Shown one piece after another: positions 1-10,859 of a stretch of DNA of 64,000 nucleotides. The notes beneath the pieces were generated by a model that had not been told where the DNA came from, did no database searches, and saw only the letters and a program-made list of their open reading frames with translations. The stretch covers positions 68,995-132,994 of the forward strand of contig DASW01000009.1 in the NCBI GenBank assembly GCA_002503985.1, written 5' to 3'. Each line of letters starts with the position of its first letter. The stretch's first letter is position 1. This DNA is from Thermoplasmata archaeon UBA61. Its GTDB lineage: Archaea > Thermoplasmatota > Thermoplasmata > Lutacidiplasmatales > UBA184. The position numbers and the translations under genes were made by a program.

Positions 1-551
1 CAGCGGATGTACGCGAACGGAGCGGTCACCTCGAGCGAGACCGGTAGGTGCGGACCGTCCACGGTGACGTAGGCGAGAGCGAACTCCCGCAAGAGGTCGA
101 TCGATTCCGGTGCGAGCCAGGAGCGCTCGCGGAACTCGACCGCGACCGGCAGGTCCCGGGGGAGCGTTTCGTAGAAGTGGCGTACGGTCGTCGGTTCGAA
201 CGGGAGGGACGGCGGGAGCTGGAGGAGCGCCGCGGCGAACTTCCCTCCCTCGCGGATCGGTTTCAGGACCGCGAGGAAGCGGGCGAGCTCCTCGTCCGTG
301 CGCACAAGGCGCAGGTCGTGGGTGATCGTCTGCGGGAACTTCGCCGCGAACCGGAACCCCGCGGGGGTCCGCTTGACCCACGAGGCCGTAACGGAGGGAG
401 GAGGGAGGCGATAGAACGTCGAATTCACCTCCACGATCGGGAATAGACCCGCGTAGTAGCGGAGCTTGTCGCTCGCCCCGCGGCGTGGGTAGACGCGCCC
501 CGACCACTCCGGGTAATCCCAGCCGCTCGTCCCCAGCAGGATGTCGCTCAT
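1..551 (-). CDS. DUF72 (UPF0759) family protein; C-terminal part cut by window edge
   Basis: Not in the ORF track because it runs off the window. My reverse-strand translation from the ATG at 549-551 is MSDILLGTSGWDYPEWSGRVYPRRGASDKLRYYAGLFPIVEVNSTFYRLPP... This matches the N-terminal DUF72 signature (GTSGW.Y..W...FYP, YY...F..VE.N.TFY). Confidence 0.75.
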   Translation of the reverse strand, partial: MSDILLGTSGWDYPEWSGRVYPRRGASDKLRYYAGLFPIVEVNSTFYRLPPPSVTASWVKRTPAGFRFAAKFPQTITHDLRLVRTDEELARFLAVLKPIREGGKFAAALLQLPPSLPFEPTTVRHFYETLPRDLPVAVEFRERSWLAPESIDLLREFALAYVTVDGPHLPVSLEVTAPFAYIR

Positions 552-649
552 CCGCGCTCTTCTCGGACCGAACGCCCTTCCTACCGGTAAAGATTGCGCT
601 TGAGGCGAACCGCCGGTCCGAGGGCAAGGTGGGCCGTACGCGAAGGGTT

Positions 650-2044
650 ATGGCACGGGCCCGGGTTCTGCCCCGGGCCGTGTATCCCATCAGCTACGTG
701 CGAGAATCGGCGGACGCCCTCAAGGCGGGGCTCGTGGCGCGAGGACGCGACCCGACCGAGGTCGACCGCCTCGTCGCGCTCGACCGCGAACGACGGGCGG
801 TCGGAGAGGAGACGAACCGCCTGCGGGCCGAACGCAACCGGGGCGCGCACCGAGTGGCCGAGGCCGCGAAGACCTCCGCGCCCGCGGACGACCGTGACCG
901 AACCCAGCTCGGCGAGCTCCGGGACCGGATCCGGGACCTCGAGACGCGGGCGGACACGCTCGACATCGAGATCCGCGAGCGTCTGCTCCTGCTCCCCCAG
1001 AACCCCCATTCGAGCGTCCCCCTCGGGAAAGACGCGAGCGGCAACGTCGAGGTGGCGCGCTTCGAACCCCACCGGACGGCGCCGTCCGCCCCCCGACCCC
1101 ACTTCGAGGTCGGCCACGACCTCAACCTGCTCGACGAGGAGCGCGGGGTGAAGGTCGCGGGCGAGGGGTTCTACGTGCTCTGGGGCGACCTGGCCCGGCT
1201 CGAGTACGCGCTGATCCGGTTCATGCGGGAGCTTCACCGCTCCCGGGGGTACATCGAGGTCGCGCCGCCGATCCTCGTTCGGGGCGAATCGATGGTCGGT
1301 ACCGGCCAGCTCCCGAAGTTCGCGGAGGACTCCTACCAGGTGAAACCCGACGACCTGTGGCTCGTGCCGACCGCGGAGGTTCCCGTCACGAACCTCTTCC
1401 GCGACGAGGTGCTCCTAGCCGAGGACCTGCCGGTCAAGTTATTCGCGTACACCCCGTGCTTCCGTCGGGAGGCGGGCGGACACGGCGTGGAGACGCGGGG
1501 GATTGCGCGGGTCCACCAGTTCGACAAGGTCGAGCTCGTCCAGTTCACGACCCCCGAGTCCTCGTATGACGCGCTCGAGGAGCTTCGGACCGAGGCCGAA
1601 GAGGTCCTCCGACGCCTCGACCTCCCGTTCCGCACGGTAAGCTTGTGCACGGGCGACCTCGGCGAGAAGGCGTCGAAGTGCTACGACCTCGAATTGTGGG
1701 CACCGGGGGGGAAGCGGTGGCTCGAGGTGAGCTCCATCTCCAACTTCGAGGCGTACCAGGCGGTCCGCGCGAACGTGCGGTGGCGCCGTCATCAGTCTTC
1801 CCGGCCCGAGCCGGTGCACACCCTCAACGCGTCGGGAGTGGCGCTCCCCCGGCTCGTGATCGCGATCCTCGAGAACTACCAGACCGACGACGGACGCATC
1901 GAGATCCCCGAGGTGGTCCGGGAAGAGATGGGAGGGGCTCGGTATCTCGAGCCGAACCCGTTCGTGGGCGAGCGGGAGCTCGCGCGGGGGCGGCATCCCC
2001 GCCGTTCCTCGAAGGGGACCGAACCCCCACCGGCGAAATCCTAA
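650..2044 (+). CDS. serS: seryl-tRNA synthetase (type 1)
   Basis: ORF 485..2044. It has an N-terminal coiled-coil arm and a class II aaRS core (FYVLWGDLARLEYALIRF, TAEVPVTNL, CFRREAG, RVHQFDKVE, TLNASGVALPRLVIAILENYQ). Start taken at ATG 650; in-frame GTG 680 (MYPISYVRES...) is an alternative. Confidence 0.9.
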   Translation: MARARVLPRAVYPISYVRESADALKAGLVARGRDPTEVDRLVALDRERRAVGEETNRLRAERNRGAHRVAEAAKTSAPADDRDRTQLGELRDRIRDLETRADTLDIEIRERLLLLPQNPHSSVPLGKDASGNVEVARFEPHRTAPSAPRPHFEVGHDLNLLDEERGVKVAGEGFYVLWGDLARLEYALIRFMRELHRSRGYIEVAPPILVRGESMVGTGQLPKFAEDSYQVKPDDLWLVPTAEVPVTNLFRDEVLLAEDLPVKLFAYTPCFRREAGGHGVETRGIARVHQFDKVELVQFTTPESSYDALEELRTEAEEVLRRLDLPFRTVSLCTGDLGEKASKCYDLELWAPGGKRWLEVSSISNFEAYQAVRANVRWRRHQSSRPEPVHTLNASGVALPRLVIAILENYQTDDGRIEIPEVVREEMGGARYLEPNPFVGERELARGRHPRRSSKGTEPPPAKS

Positions 2045-2080
2045 TAGGCCGCTTCGCTCGAACGGGCGAAGGGGCCGGCG

Positions 2081-2359
2081 ATGATCCAGGTCGACATTGA
2101 CATTGCCAAGTGCACCGGCTGCTCCCATTGCAAGGACGTTTGCCCGGTCAACGTCTTCGACCTGCGTCCCCGTGACCAGGTCCCGGACGTGGTCGACGAC
2201 CCGGCGGTCGGGGCGAAGTTCCAGTTCCGGGGAGAGAAGTCCCTCGCCGTCAACGGTCCGGAGTGCATCGTCTGCGAGGCGTGCCTGTTCGAGTGCGAGG
2301 GCGAGTGCATCCTCATCACGGACGACGAGAACCACGTGCACTTCTCGGTCTACAAGTAG
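2081..2359 (+). CDS. 2x[4Fe-4S] ferredoxin-domain protein
   Basis: 92 aa with two cluster motifs, CTGCSHCKDVCP and CIVCEACLFEC. Confidence 0.8.
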   Translation: MIQVDIDIAKCTGCSHCKDVCPVNVFDLRPRDQVPDVVDDPAVGAKFQFRGEKSLAVNGPECIVCEACLFECEGECILITDDENHVHFSVYK

Positions 2360-2370
2360 CCGCGCTGACG

Positions 2371-3045
2371 ATGATCGTCCCCGCTCGTTTCTTTCGGTCG
2401 AGGCGTGAGCTCCGGGACTGGTTCGAGGCCCACCACGCGGACACCGCGGAGCTCTGGGTCGGCTTCCATAAGGCCCACACCGGGAGGGTGGGGGTGGTCT
2501 ATCCCGAGGCGGTGGAGGAGGCCCTCTGCTTCGGATGGATCGACACGACCGTGCGTCGGATCGACGACGACCGCTATGCGAACCGCTTCACGCCGCGACG
2601 GCGGGATAGTCAATGGAGCACCGTCAACCGCCGACTCTTCGCGGAGCTGGAGAAGGCCGGACGGGTCCACGAATCGGGCCGTCGTGCGTTCGACCGGCGA
2701 CCGAAGAAGGAGACGATGCAGTTCGGGAGCGAGCGGACCTTCCGCCTGGCTCCGACGTTCGCCGCACGCCTGCGGAAGCGACCCGACGCGGAGCGATTCT
2801 TCCGCTCCCGCCCTCGCGGGTACCGGCGCAGAGCGACCTTCTGGGTGATGAGCGCGGTGCGTCCGGAGACGAGAGAGCGACGGTTCGAGACCTTGCTCAG
2901 CGCGTCGGCCGCGGGGACGGTTCCGACGGCGCTCCTCCTTCCCGGCGAGGTGGCGCCCCGACCGTCCCGCCGCTCGGCCCCTCCGGTTCGGGTCGTCCGG
3001 GCGGGGGCCGCGCGTCACCGTCACTCGCGTCTCGAAAGCCCTTAA
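2371..3045 (+). CDS. YdeI/OmpD-associated (bacteriocin-protection-like) family protein
   Basis: Frame of ORF 2263..3045, internal ATG at 2371. MIVPARFFRSRRELRDWFEAHHADTAELWVGFHK...EEALCFGWIDTTVRRIDDDRYANRFTPRR.S.WS..N is typical of the YdeI family. Confidence 0.7.
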   Translation: MIVPARFFRSRRELRDWFEAHHADTAELWVGFHKAHTGRVGVVYPEAVEEALCFGWIDTTVRRIDDDRYANRFTPRRRDSQWSTVNRRLFAELEKAGRVHESGRRAFDRRPKKETMQFGSERTFRLAPTFAARLRKRPDAERFFRSRPRGYRRRATFWVMSAVRPETRERRFETLLSASAAGTVPTALLLPGEVAPRPSRRSAPPVRVVRAGAARHRHSRLESP

Positions 3046-3048
3046 ATA
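3042..3048 (+). promoter_or_regulatory. candidate archaeal TATA box (TTAAATA) for a leaderless atpF-led transcript
   Basis: It is the only AT-rich heptamer in the 28-nt gap. It lies about 26 nt upstream of the atpF start at 3074, the usual TATA-to-TSS spacing in archaea. Confidence 0.4.
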
Positions 3049-3073
3049 GCCCAGAACCCCCGCCGACGCAACC

Positions 3074-3409
3074 GTGCCCGAGACGTCCAAAGAGGCGGGG
3101 CGCACCGTCGTGGTCGGGGAGCGGGAGCTCGCGATCGGGTTCCGCTTGATCGGCCTCAAGGACGTCATCGAGGTCACGCCGGAGAATTCGGTCGCGGAGT
3201 TCCAACGCGCGATGACCGGTGGCTACACCCTCATCATCGCGACCCAGTCGATCCGCGCTCGACTCTCGGACGCCCAGCGATCGGTCGCGGACGGCTCGCT
3301 CGACCCCCTGGTCGTCTTCGTTCCGACGCCGACCGGCGAATACGATGTCGAGAGCATCGAGGCGCTCGCGAAGCGCGTCCTGGGAGTCACGCTCTCGGTC
3401 GCTACCTAA
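3074..3409 (+). CDS. atpF: A-type ATP synthase subunit F
   Basis: 111 aa: VVVGERELAIGFRLIGLKDV...TLIIATQSI. Size, sequence pattern and position directly upstream of atpA fit subunit F. Confidence 0.85.
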   Translation: MPETSKEAGRTVVVGERELAIGFRLIGLKDVIEVTPENSVAEFQRAMTGGYTLIIATQSIRARLSDAQRSVADGSLDPLVVFVPTPTGEYDVESIEALAKRVLGVTLSVAT

Positions 3410-3422
3410 CGGAGGGAAGGAG

Positions 3423-5186
3423 ATGGTAGGTTCCGTCGCGCGAGTGTCCGGTCCGGTCGTCATCGCCGAGGGGCTGGTCGACGCGAAGATGTACGACGTC
3501 GTCCACGTCGGGGCCCTCGGCCTCGTCGGGGAGATCATCCGCCTCGTCGGAGGGACCGCGACGGTCCAGGTCTACGAGGACACGACCGGCATCCGCCCGG
3601 GAGACCCGGTCGAGACCACCGGGCAGGCCCTCACCGTGGAGCTCGGTCCCGGGCTCCTGAAGTCCATCTACGACGGAGTTCAGCGCCCGCTCGATGTCAT
3701 TCAGAAGCGTGTCGGGGATTTCATCACCCGCGGAACGTCGGCTCCCCCGCTCGACGAGAAGGCCGTCTGGGAGTTCACCGCGACCGCGAAGGTCGGGAGC
3801 GTCGTGACGCCCGGGACCATCCTCGGCACGGTCCCGGAGACCGCCCTCATCCTGCACAAGATCCTCGTCCCGCCCGGGCTTCGAGGGACCCTTACCGACC
3901 TATCGAGCGGGAAGTACACCGTCCGAGACCGCATCGGAACGCTCGAGACCGACTCGGGTCCCGTTCCCCTCACGCTGACCCACAAGTGGGTGGTGCGGAT
4001 CCCCCGCCCCGTCACCCAGAAGCTCCCGCCGGACATCCCGCTCGTGACGGGTCAGCGGACCATCGACACCTTCTTCCCGGTCGCGAAGGGCGGGACCGCG
4101 TGCATCCCCGGGCCGTTCGGGTCCGGAAAGACCGTTACTCAGCAGCAGCTCGCGAAATGGGCGGACTCGGACATCGTCGTCTACGTCGGGTGTGGAGAGC
4201 GCGGCAACGAGATGGCCGAGGTGCTCGCCACGTTCCCGAAGCTCTTGGACCCGAAATCGGGACGGCCGCTCATGGAGCGGACCGTGCTGATCGCGAACAC
4301 CTCCAACATGCCGGTCGCCGCCCGAGAGGCGAGCGTCTACACCGGGATCACGATCGCGGAGTACTACCGGGACATGGGCTACGACGTCGCCCTCATGGCC
4401 GACTCGACCAGCCGGTGGGCCGAGGCGATGCGTGAGATCTCGGGTCGTCTCGAGGAGATGCCCGGCGAGGAAGGCTACCCGGCCTACCTCGGTCGCCGCA
4501 TCGCCGAGTTCTACGAGCGCGCCGGTCGAGTGGTCACCCTCTCTCCCGACGCGCGGACCGGTTCGATTACCGTCGTGGGGGCCGTCTCCCCCCCCGGTGG
4601 GGACACCTCGGAACCCGTTAGCCAGAACACGCTGCGCATCGCTCGCGTCTTCTGGGCGCTCGATGCCTCGCTCGCCTCCCGCCGCCACTTCCCGTCCATC
4701 AACTGGCTCCAGAGCTACTCGCTCTACACAGGCGACCTCGAGCCCTGGTACACCGCGTCGCTGTCGAAGGACTTCATTGCCCTCCGCCAGAAGGCGCTCG
4801 AGACGCTCCAGAAGGAGTCCGAGCTCCAGGAGATCGTCCAGCTGGTAGGCGTGGACGCGCTCCCCGAGCGGGAGAAGGCCGTCCTGGATGTCGCCCGGAT
4901 GCTGCGGGAGGACTACCTTCAGCAGAGCGCCTACGACGAGGTCGATACCTACACTTCGATCCAGAAGCAGGCCCGCATGCTGCGGGCGATCCTTCGGTTC
5001 GGGGACCTCGAACAGGAAGCGATCGGCAAAGGCGCCACCGTCGCCACCCTGCAGAAACTCCCGGTCCGGACGAAGCTCTCGCGCATGAAGTGGATCCCGG
5101 AAGCCGAGACCCAGACCGCGTTCGACGAGCTCGAGCGTGAGACCGACCTCGCCGTCGGCGCCCTCACCGCGTCGGGAGGGACGTAA
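3423..5186 (+). CDS. atpA: A-type ATP synthase catalytic subunit A
   Basis: Frame of ORF 3219..5186, ATG at 3423 ([17 protein letters not shown]). Walker A is GPFGSGKTV. The conserved core includes CGERGNEM...[14 protein letters not shown]...[10 protein letters not shown]. At 587 aa there is no intein-sized insertion. Confidence 0.95.
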   Translation: MVGSVARVSGPVVIAEGLVDAKMYDVVHVGALGLVGEIIRLVGGTATVQVYEDTTGIRPGDPVETTGQALTVELGPGLLKSIYDGVQRPLDVIQKRVGDFITRGTSAPPLDEKAVWEFTATAKVGSVVTPGTILGTVPETALILHKILVPPGLRGTLTDLSSGKYTVRDRIGTLETDSGPVPLTLTHKWVVRIPRPVTQKLPPDIPLVTGQRTIDTFFPVAKGGTACIPGPFGSGKTVTQQQLAKWADSDIVVYVGCGERGNEMAEVLATFPKLLDPKSGRPLMERTVLIANTSNMPVAAREASVYTGITIAEYYRDMGYDVALMADSTSRWAEAMREISGRLEEMPGEEGYPAYLGRRIAEFYERAGRVVTLSPDARTGSITVVGAVSPPGGDTSEPVSQNTLRIARVFWALDASLASRRHFPSINWLQSYSLYTGDLEPWYTASLSKDFIALRQKALETLQKESELQEIVQLVGVDALPEREKAVLDVARMLREDYLQQSAYDEVDTYTSIQKQARMLRAILRFGDLEQEAIGKGATVATLQKLPVRTKLSRMKWIPEAETQTAFDELERETDLAVGALTASGGT

Positions 5187-6616
5187 TGGCCACGAAGGAA
5201 TCGACCTCCAGCCGCGCGTCGCCCGCTGTCCCGGTCGACTACCGGACGATCGACCGGGTCGCGGGACCGCTCCTGTTCGTGCGGGACGTCGCGAACGCGG
5301 CGTATGGGGAGATCGTCGAGATCCAGCTCCCGACCGGCGAGCGTCGCCAGGGCCAGGTCCTCGACTCGCGCAAGGGCCTCGCGATCGTCCAGGTCTTCGG
5401 CCCAACGATGGGCATCAACCTCGAGCGGACGAGCGTGAAGTTCCTCGGGGAGGTCGCGACCCTGCCCGTCTCGGACGAGATGCTCGGGCGGGTCTTCACC
5501 GGCCTCGGCGAGCCGCGCGACGGCGGCCCGCGGATCGTGAGCGAGACCCGGCTCGAGATCGTCGGGAACGCCATGAACCCGTACTCGCGCGAGGAGCCGA
5601 GCGAGTTCATCCAGACGGGGATCTCCACGATCGACGTCAACAACACCCTGGTCCGCGGGCAGAAGCTCCCGATCTTCTCGGGGGCAGGCCTTCCGCACAA
5701 CCAGATCGCCGCTCAGATCGTCCGCCAGGCGAAGCTCCGCGATTCCTCGGAAGGGTTCGCGGTCGTATTCGCGGCGATGGGGATCACGAGTGAAGAGGCG
5801 AACTACTTCCTACGGGAGTTCGAATCGACCGGGGCGCTCGAGCGCGCCGTCGTCTTCCTGAACCTCTCGTCAGACCCGTCCATGGAACGGGTCGTGACGC
5901 CCCGCATGGCGCTCACCGCCGCCGAGTTCCTCGCCTACGAGCGGGACCTCCACATCCTGGTCGTGCTCACCGACATGACGAACTACTGCGAGGCGCTCCG
6001 CGAGGTCTCCGCCGCGCGGGAGGAGGTCCCGGGACGACGCGGCTATCCGGGGTACCTCTACACCGACCTTGCGACCCTCTACGAACGGGCGGGGAAGATC
6101 CACGGTCGCAAGGGGTCGATCACGCAAATCCCCATCCTCACGATGCCCGCGGACGACGTCACCCACCCGATCCCGGACCTTACGGGCTACATCACCGAAG
6201 GTCAGGTGTACATCAGCCGGGACCTCCAGCGCCGCGGGATCTACCCGCCGATCGACATCCTGCCGTCGCTCTCGCGCCTCATGGGTCAGGGGATCGGCAA
6301 GGGACGGACGCGGGAAGACCACCGCGGGGTCTCGGACCAGCTCTTCGCGACCTACGCGACGGGTAAGGACCAACGGGCGCTCTCCGCCATCGTCGGCGAG
6401 GAGGCGCTCACCGCCACCGACCGGCTGTACCTCAAGGCGGCCGACCGCTTCGAGTCCGAGTTCGTGAACCAGCGACCGGACGAGGACCGGACGATCGACG
6501 AGAGCCTCGCCCTCGCCTGGGACATCCTCGCGGACTTCCCCGAGTCGGAGCTGAAGCGCATCCGTCCGGAGTTCATCGAGAAGTACCGGCCGAAGCGGGC
6601 GGCTCCCCCTTCGTAG
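5186..6616 (+). CDS. atpB: A-type ATP synthase subunit B
   Basis: 476 aa with a TAATG overlap onto atpA. Typical non-catalytic B-subunit core: [52 protein letters not shown]. Confidence 0.95.
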   Translation: MATKESTSSRASPAVPVDYRTIDRVAGPLLFVRDVANAAYGEIVEIQLPTGERRQGQVLDSRKGLAIVQVFGPTMGINLERTSVKFLGEVATLPVSDEMLGRVFTGLGEPRDGGPRIVSETRLEIVGNAMNPYSREEPSEFIQTGISTIDVNNTLVRGQKLPIFSGAGLPHNQIAAQIVRQAKLRDSSEGFAVVFAAMGITSEEANYFLREFESTGALERAVVFLNLSSDPSMERVVTPRMALTAAEFLAYERDLHILVVLTDMTNYCEALREVSAAREEVPGRRGYPGYLYTDLATLYERAGKIHGRKGSITQIPILTMPADDVTHPIPDLTGYITEGQVYISRDLQRRGIYPPIDILPSLSRLMGQGIGKGRTREDHRGVSDQLFATYATGKDQRALSAIVGEEALTATDRLYLKAADRFESEFVNQRPDEDRTIDESLALAWDILADFPESELKRIRPEFIEKYRPKRAAPPS

Positions 6617-6633
6617 GCGGCGACGAACCGACG

Positions 6634-7278
6634 ATGCCGGCCGAAACCGTCCGACCGACCCGCCTCGAGCTTCTGCGGACCCGCCGGCGGATCGTGGTCG
6701 CGACGAAAGGGCTCAACCTCCTTAAGCTGAAGCGCTCCGCGCTGATCGTCGAGTTCTTCGCCCTCTCCCGCGAGGCGATGAAGTTGCGCGGCGACCTTCG
6801 GTCGCGCATCGACCGGGGCTACGAATCGATCCGGATGGCCGAGATGCTGGAAGGACCGACCCGACTCGAGAATATCTCGAGCCTCCTCCCCGACATCGCA
6901 CCGGTCGCCGTCACGACCAAGAACGTCATGGGGGTCCGCACTCCCCGGGTCGACCGCGGCGGCTACGCGCCGACCCCGACCCCCGACCTCCTCGACCTCC
7001 CGGTGTCGATCCAAGAGGCGATCCGCCGCTTCCAGCGGATCTACGAGGTCGTCCTCGACATCGCCGAGAAGGAGAACGCCCTACGGCGCCTCCTCAAGGA
7101 GATCGAGAAGACGAAGCGTCGGGCGAGCGCGATCGAGAACGTCCTCATCCCACGCCTTCAGGGCGTGGTCCGCTACATCAAGTTCCGATTCGACGAGCTC
7201 GAGCGCGACTCGTTCAGCATGCTCAAGACCGTCAAGCGGAAGATGGAGCAGGAGGGCAGCAGTGCGAGCGCAGCCTAA
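6634..7278 (+). CDS. atpD: A-type ATP synthase subunit D (central stalk)
   Basis: 214 aa: VRPTRLELLRTRRRIVVATKGLNLLKLKRSALIVEF...EKTKRRASAIENVLIPRL is the subunit D pattern. Confidence 0.9.
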   Translation: MPAETVRPTRLELLRTRRRIVVATKGLNLLKLKRSALIVEFFALSREAMKLRGDLRSRIDRGYESIRMAEMLEGPTRLENISSLLPDIAPVAVTTKNVMGVRTPRVDRGGYAPTPTPDLLDLPVSIQEAIRRFQRIYEVVLDIAEKENALRRLLKEIEKTKRRASAIENVLIPRLQGVVRYIKFRFDELERDSFSMLKTVKRKMEQEGSSASAA

Positions 7279-7389
7279 CGCCGCGGTCCGGCGGTTCACC
7301 GCCGTATGGGGGGTTAGCATCGCGGTCCGTGCCGCCGCGCTCGCCGTCCTCCTCCTGGTCGTGCTCAAACTCCTGGGAGGATACTAACG

Positions 7390-7749
7390 ATGGTCACTAC
7401 CACCGCCGGAGCGGCCGCGCCGGGCTCGCTCGAGGCCCTGAAACGCGTGAAAGCGACCGAGACCGAGTGGGACGCGCGCCTGAACGCCGCCCGCCAGGAA
7501 GCCGAGGCCACGCTCCGACGGCTCCGGGAGGACCGGGACGCCGCGGTGAAGGCCGCGGAGGCGGAAGCGGACCGACGGCGGACCGTCCGGCTCGACCGCG
7601 CCCGGGTCGAGACCGCCGCTGAGGCGGAGGCCATCGTCGCCGACGGCCGCTTGGCCGCGGAACGGGCTGCGCGCAGCGAAGGCCGTCGACCGGCGGACAA
7701 GAAGGACGCGCTCCTCGACGTCGTTCTCGGGTCGTTCGGGAAGGAATAG
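7390..7749 (+). CDS. atpH: A-type ATP synthase subunit H (peripheral stalk), tentative
   Basis: 119-aa Ala/Glu/Arg-rich predicted coiled coil immediately upstream of atpI. A GGAGGA sits 8 nt before the ATG. Assignment rests on size, composition and position only. Confidence 0.55.
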   Translation: MVTTTAGAAAPGSLEALKRVKATETEWDARLNAARQEAEATLRRLREDRDAAVKAAEAEADRRRTVRLDRARVETAAEAEAIVADGRLAAERAARSEGRRPADKKDALLDVVLGSFGKE

Positions 7750-7758
7750 GAGCCGCGA

Positions 7759-9753
7759 GTGGCGCTGCGCCCGGTCCGTATGGCAAAGGTCGGCCTCCTC
7801 GGTCTCAAGGAGGATGAGGAACGGATCCTCACCGTCCTTCACGACCTCCGGGTGGCCCAGGTCGAGCCGCTCTCGCCCGACGCGATGGCCGAGCTCGGAC
7901 CCGAGCGGGGGCCCGAGACGCTGCGCCAAGTGGGAGACGAGACGCTCCGGTTCCGCGGCCTTCTGAGCGCCCTCCCGGCCGGGCACGCCGGCCCGCCCCG
8001 ACGTTTCGATTCGATCGCGGAGATCCTCGCGGCCGCGAAGACCGTCCCGATCGACTCCGAGGTCGGGGAGTTGAAACGGGAGGACGACCGGCTCGCCACC
8101 GACGAGAAGGCGACGGCCGGGCAGGCCCAGCTGCTCGAGCGCCTCTCGTTCTATCCCGACCGGCTCGAGTTCCTGGATGCCCGCAGCTTCCACGCTTTCT
8201 ACGGAGAATCGACGCCCGAGGACTACACGACGTTCGCATCCGCCCTCTCGGCCGAGCACGACGTCCAACTCTTGGTCGGGCCGCCCGGCGAGAGCGTCCG
8301 CTTCCTGGTCCTTCTCCCCCCGGGGGGCGTGGACACGCTGTCCCGCCTATCGCAGACCCGTGGGGTCCACCTGTCGGCGGTACCTCGGCTATCGGGGACG
8401 GTCGCCGAAGAGCTCGCGGCGCTCCGCACTCGAGCGGCCGAGGTCGCCCAGCGGCGGGGCGAGATCGCGGCTCGGCTGATCGCGATCTCCCAGGAATGGT
8501 ACCCGCTGGTCAGCGCGGTCGCCGAAGCGCTCGAGATCGAGAACCGGAAGGCGGAGGTCGTCACGAAGCTGGGCGCGAGCCGCGCCGCCTTCGCCCTCGA
8601 GGCCTGGGTCCCCGAGCGGGACATCGCACGGCTCGAGGCGGTCGTAGAGCGGGAGAGCGGGAACCGAACGTTCTTCTACCGGGTCCCGACCTCGGAGGAG
8701 CCCCCCACCCTCATGTCGAACCCGCGCGGGGTTCGTCGGTTCGAGTTCTTCGTGCGTTTCTATTCGCTCCCGCAGTCGACCGAGTGGGACCCCACCCTCG
8801 TCTTCGCGATCGCCTTCCCCATCTTCTTCGGGTTCATGCTCAGCGACTGGGGCTACGGTCTCGTCATCCTGCTGATCTCGCTCTGGATGATCGCCGGATT
8901 CCCGGCGGCCCGGTACCTGCCGAAGTTCGGCCGGAACTTCGTCAAGATGATCATGGGGCCGAAAGGGATGCAGCAGCTCGCCTACGCGCTCCTTCCCGGG
9001 TGCGCGATCGCGATCGGCCTCGGCCTCTACTCGAACGAGTTCTTCGGCTACCCGCTCCTGACCGTCCTCTTTCACTACGCGGGGCCGTCGCTGGACAAGT
9101 CCGTGCCGACCTACCTGCTCTTTGCCGGGTTCGTCGGCCTCGGGATGGTCGTCCTCGGTTTCGTCATGGGAGCCCTGAAGGAGTACTTCCATCACCACCC
9201 GAGGGGCGTGGTCGCGAAGAGCGGCGGGGTGCTCTTTGCCTTCGGGGTCGCGTTCTTCGGCCTCGCGGTCATCCATCGGGCGACCTCGGTCTCCGCCGAC
9301 CCGCTCATCGTCGTCTGGTATGCCTGCCTCGCAGTCGGCCTCGCGATGCTCCTCTTCGGCGAGGGCCTTCAGATGGGGCTGATGGGGCTCATCGAGGTTG
9401 TGAGTCACATCCTCTCCTACACGCGTCTGGTCGGGATCCTGCTCGCGAGCGCCATCCTCGCGCTCGTCATCAACACCATCGGGGGCGGCCTCGTCCTCGG
9501 CGGGACGGTGGTCGGGATCGTCGCGGGCCTCGTCATCATCGTCATCGGCCAGTCGTTCAACGTCATCATCGGCGTCTTCGAGCCGGGGATCCAAGGGGCG
9601 CGGCTGATCTTCGTCGAGTACTTCTCGAAGTTCTACACCGGCAACGGGAAGGTCTTCCGGCCGTTCGGGTCCCCTCGGACCCACACGGTCTCGCCCCTCG
9701 AAGCCCCCGGAGCGCTCCCCGCCGGACCGATCGTCCGGACCCCGGGGGAGTGA
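7759..9753 (+). CDS. atpI: A-type ATP synthase subunit I (membrane a-subunit)
   Basis: 664 aa. It has an N-terminal soluble half and a C-terminal multi-TM half with the conserved SHILSYTRLVGILLAS arginine helix. Confidence 0.9.
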   Translation: MALRPVRMAKVGLLGLKEDEERILTVLHDLRVAQVEPLSPDAMAELGPERGPETLRQVGDETLRFRGLLSALPAGHAGPPRRFDSIAEILAAAKTVPIDSEVGELKREDDRLATDEKATAGQAQLLERLSFYPDRLEFLDARSFHAFYGESTPEDYTTFASALSAEHDVQLLVGPPGESVRFLVLLPPGGVDTLSRLSQTRGVHLSAVPRLSGTVAEELAALRTRAAEVAQRRGEIAARLIAISQEWYPLVSAVAEALEIENRKAEVVTKLGASRAAFALEAWVPERDIARLEAVVERESGNRTFFYRVPTSEEPPTLMSNPRGVRRFEFFVRFYSLPQSTEWDPTLVFAIAFPIFFGFMLSDWGYGLVILLISLWMIAGFPAARYLPKFGRNFVKMIMGPKGMQQLAYALLPGCAIAIGLGLYSNEFFGYPLLTVLFHYAGPSLDKSVPTYLLFAGFVGLGMVVLGFVMGALKEYFHHHPRGVVAKSGGVLFAFGVAFFGLAVIHRATSVSADPLIVVWYACLAVGLAMLLFGEGLQMGLMGLIEVVSHILSYTRLVGILLASAILALVINTIGGGLVLGGTVVGIVAGLVIIVIGQSFNVIIGVFEPGIQGARLIFVEYFSKFYTGNGKVFRPFGSPRTHTVSPLEAPGALPAGPIVRTPGE

Positions 9754-9773
9754 GCCCGCCCGGGCGGAGCGCG

Positions 9774-10850
9774 CTAAAGGCGGGGCGACACGAGCAGCGG
9801 GGTCAGCCGGTCCGCAGGCACCCCGTACAGGCGGCCGAACACCGCTCGGCGCAGGTCGCTGCGCTCGAGCTCGTTCCGGATCAGGAAGGCGAAGATGACG
9901 CTCAGCGAGAGCGGATAGGTCCTCAGCCGCTTCAGCTCGGACGTAGCTCGCTCGCGTTCGAGAGCCACCTCGTACCCCGTCAGGCTGCCGGCGGACTCGA
10001 ACTCCGTCACGCCTTCCCCGATGGAGGGGAACCGGGACGCGAGGCGCTCGGCGAGGTCGGGGACGGTCCGCGCCGAGAAGAGGTCCGAGGCGAGCGTCGC
10101 GGTCAACGTGCCCCCGTCCGTCCACCGGGCGACGACGTCGTCGACCGGGAGGTGGTGGGCCTTTCCCTTGAGGAGGAGGAGGGCGTTCCGCGCATCGATC
10201 TCGCTCTGAACGAGGGCGCGCACCACCCACTCGTCGCCTTGGAAGAACCGCGCCTGGGCGAGCACGTTGCGGTAGTACTCCTTGTCGAGCGCGCGCAGGA
10301 TGGGGAAGATGTTGTGGGTCCGCTCGAACGCCTCGAGGAACGGCAGGATCGTCGCCCCGTAGCCGTACCTCACGAGCGAGGTGACCATCGCTTCGACGGT
10401 CGTCTGGCCGAGGAGAATCCGAAAATCGTCCAGGTTCATCGCGCCCGCGTAGAGACCCGCGGGGATCTCGCGGCTCGAGATCAGGTGGTCCTCGGTCTCG
10501 GTGACCCCCAACCCCTTCGCCTTCGCCGTGAGGATCATCTCGATGTTCTGGATGTCCCAGCGGCCCAGGTACGCCCCGACGACCGAGCGCCCCGCGAACG
10601 GGGTCGCCTCGAACGCGTGTCGGTTCCTCCGCACGAACGTGCGATTGATCGCGAGCTCGACCAGGGAGGCACCGGAATGGGTCGCTCGGACGCGGGCGAT
10701 GTCCTCGGCGTACGGGGTCGTTTCAAGGACCTTCGCGAACTCGTTCGGGTCCTTGGTGGCCAAGAGCAGCGGGTACGTCTCCTTCGGAAGGAAGGCGGGG
10801 AACTCCGGGTTCAGCCGACCGAGCGCGCTGGCGTAGGGGGAGGCGGCCAT
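9774..10850 (-). CDS. atpC: A-type ATP synthase subunit C (V-type d homologue)
   Basis: 358 aa, an all-helical protein of the expected size next to atpE/atpK (YASALGRL...KDPNEFAKVLETTPY...). Confidence 0.85.
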   Translation of the reverse strand: MAASPYASALGRLNPEFPAFLPKETYPLLLATKDPNEFAKVLETTPYAEDIARVRATHSGASLVELAINRTFVRRNRHAFEATPFAGRSVVGAYLGRWDIQNIEMILTAKAKGLGVTETEDHLISSREIPAGLYAGAMNLDDFRILLGQTTVEAMVTSLVRYGYGATILPFLEAFERTHNIFPILRALDKEYYRNVLAQARFFQGDEWVVRALVQSEIDARNALLLLKGKAHHLPVDDVVARWTDGGTLTATLASDLFSARTVPDLAERLASRFPSIGEGVTEFESAGSLTGYEVALERERATSELKRLRTYPLSLSVIFAFLIRNELERSDLRRAVFGRLYGVPADRLTPLLVSPRL

Positions 10851-10859
10851 GATGCCGGC

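Noticed and set aside
7280-7387. Hydrophobic mini-ORF between atpD and atpH (..VWGVSIAVRAAALAVLLLVVLKLLGGY*).
   Set aside because: There is no ATG/GTG/TTG start upstream of the hydrophobic segment in that frame. The only in-frame GTG leaves 8 codons.
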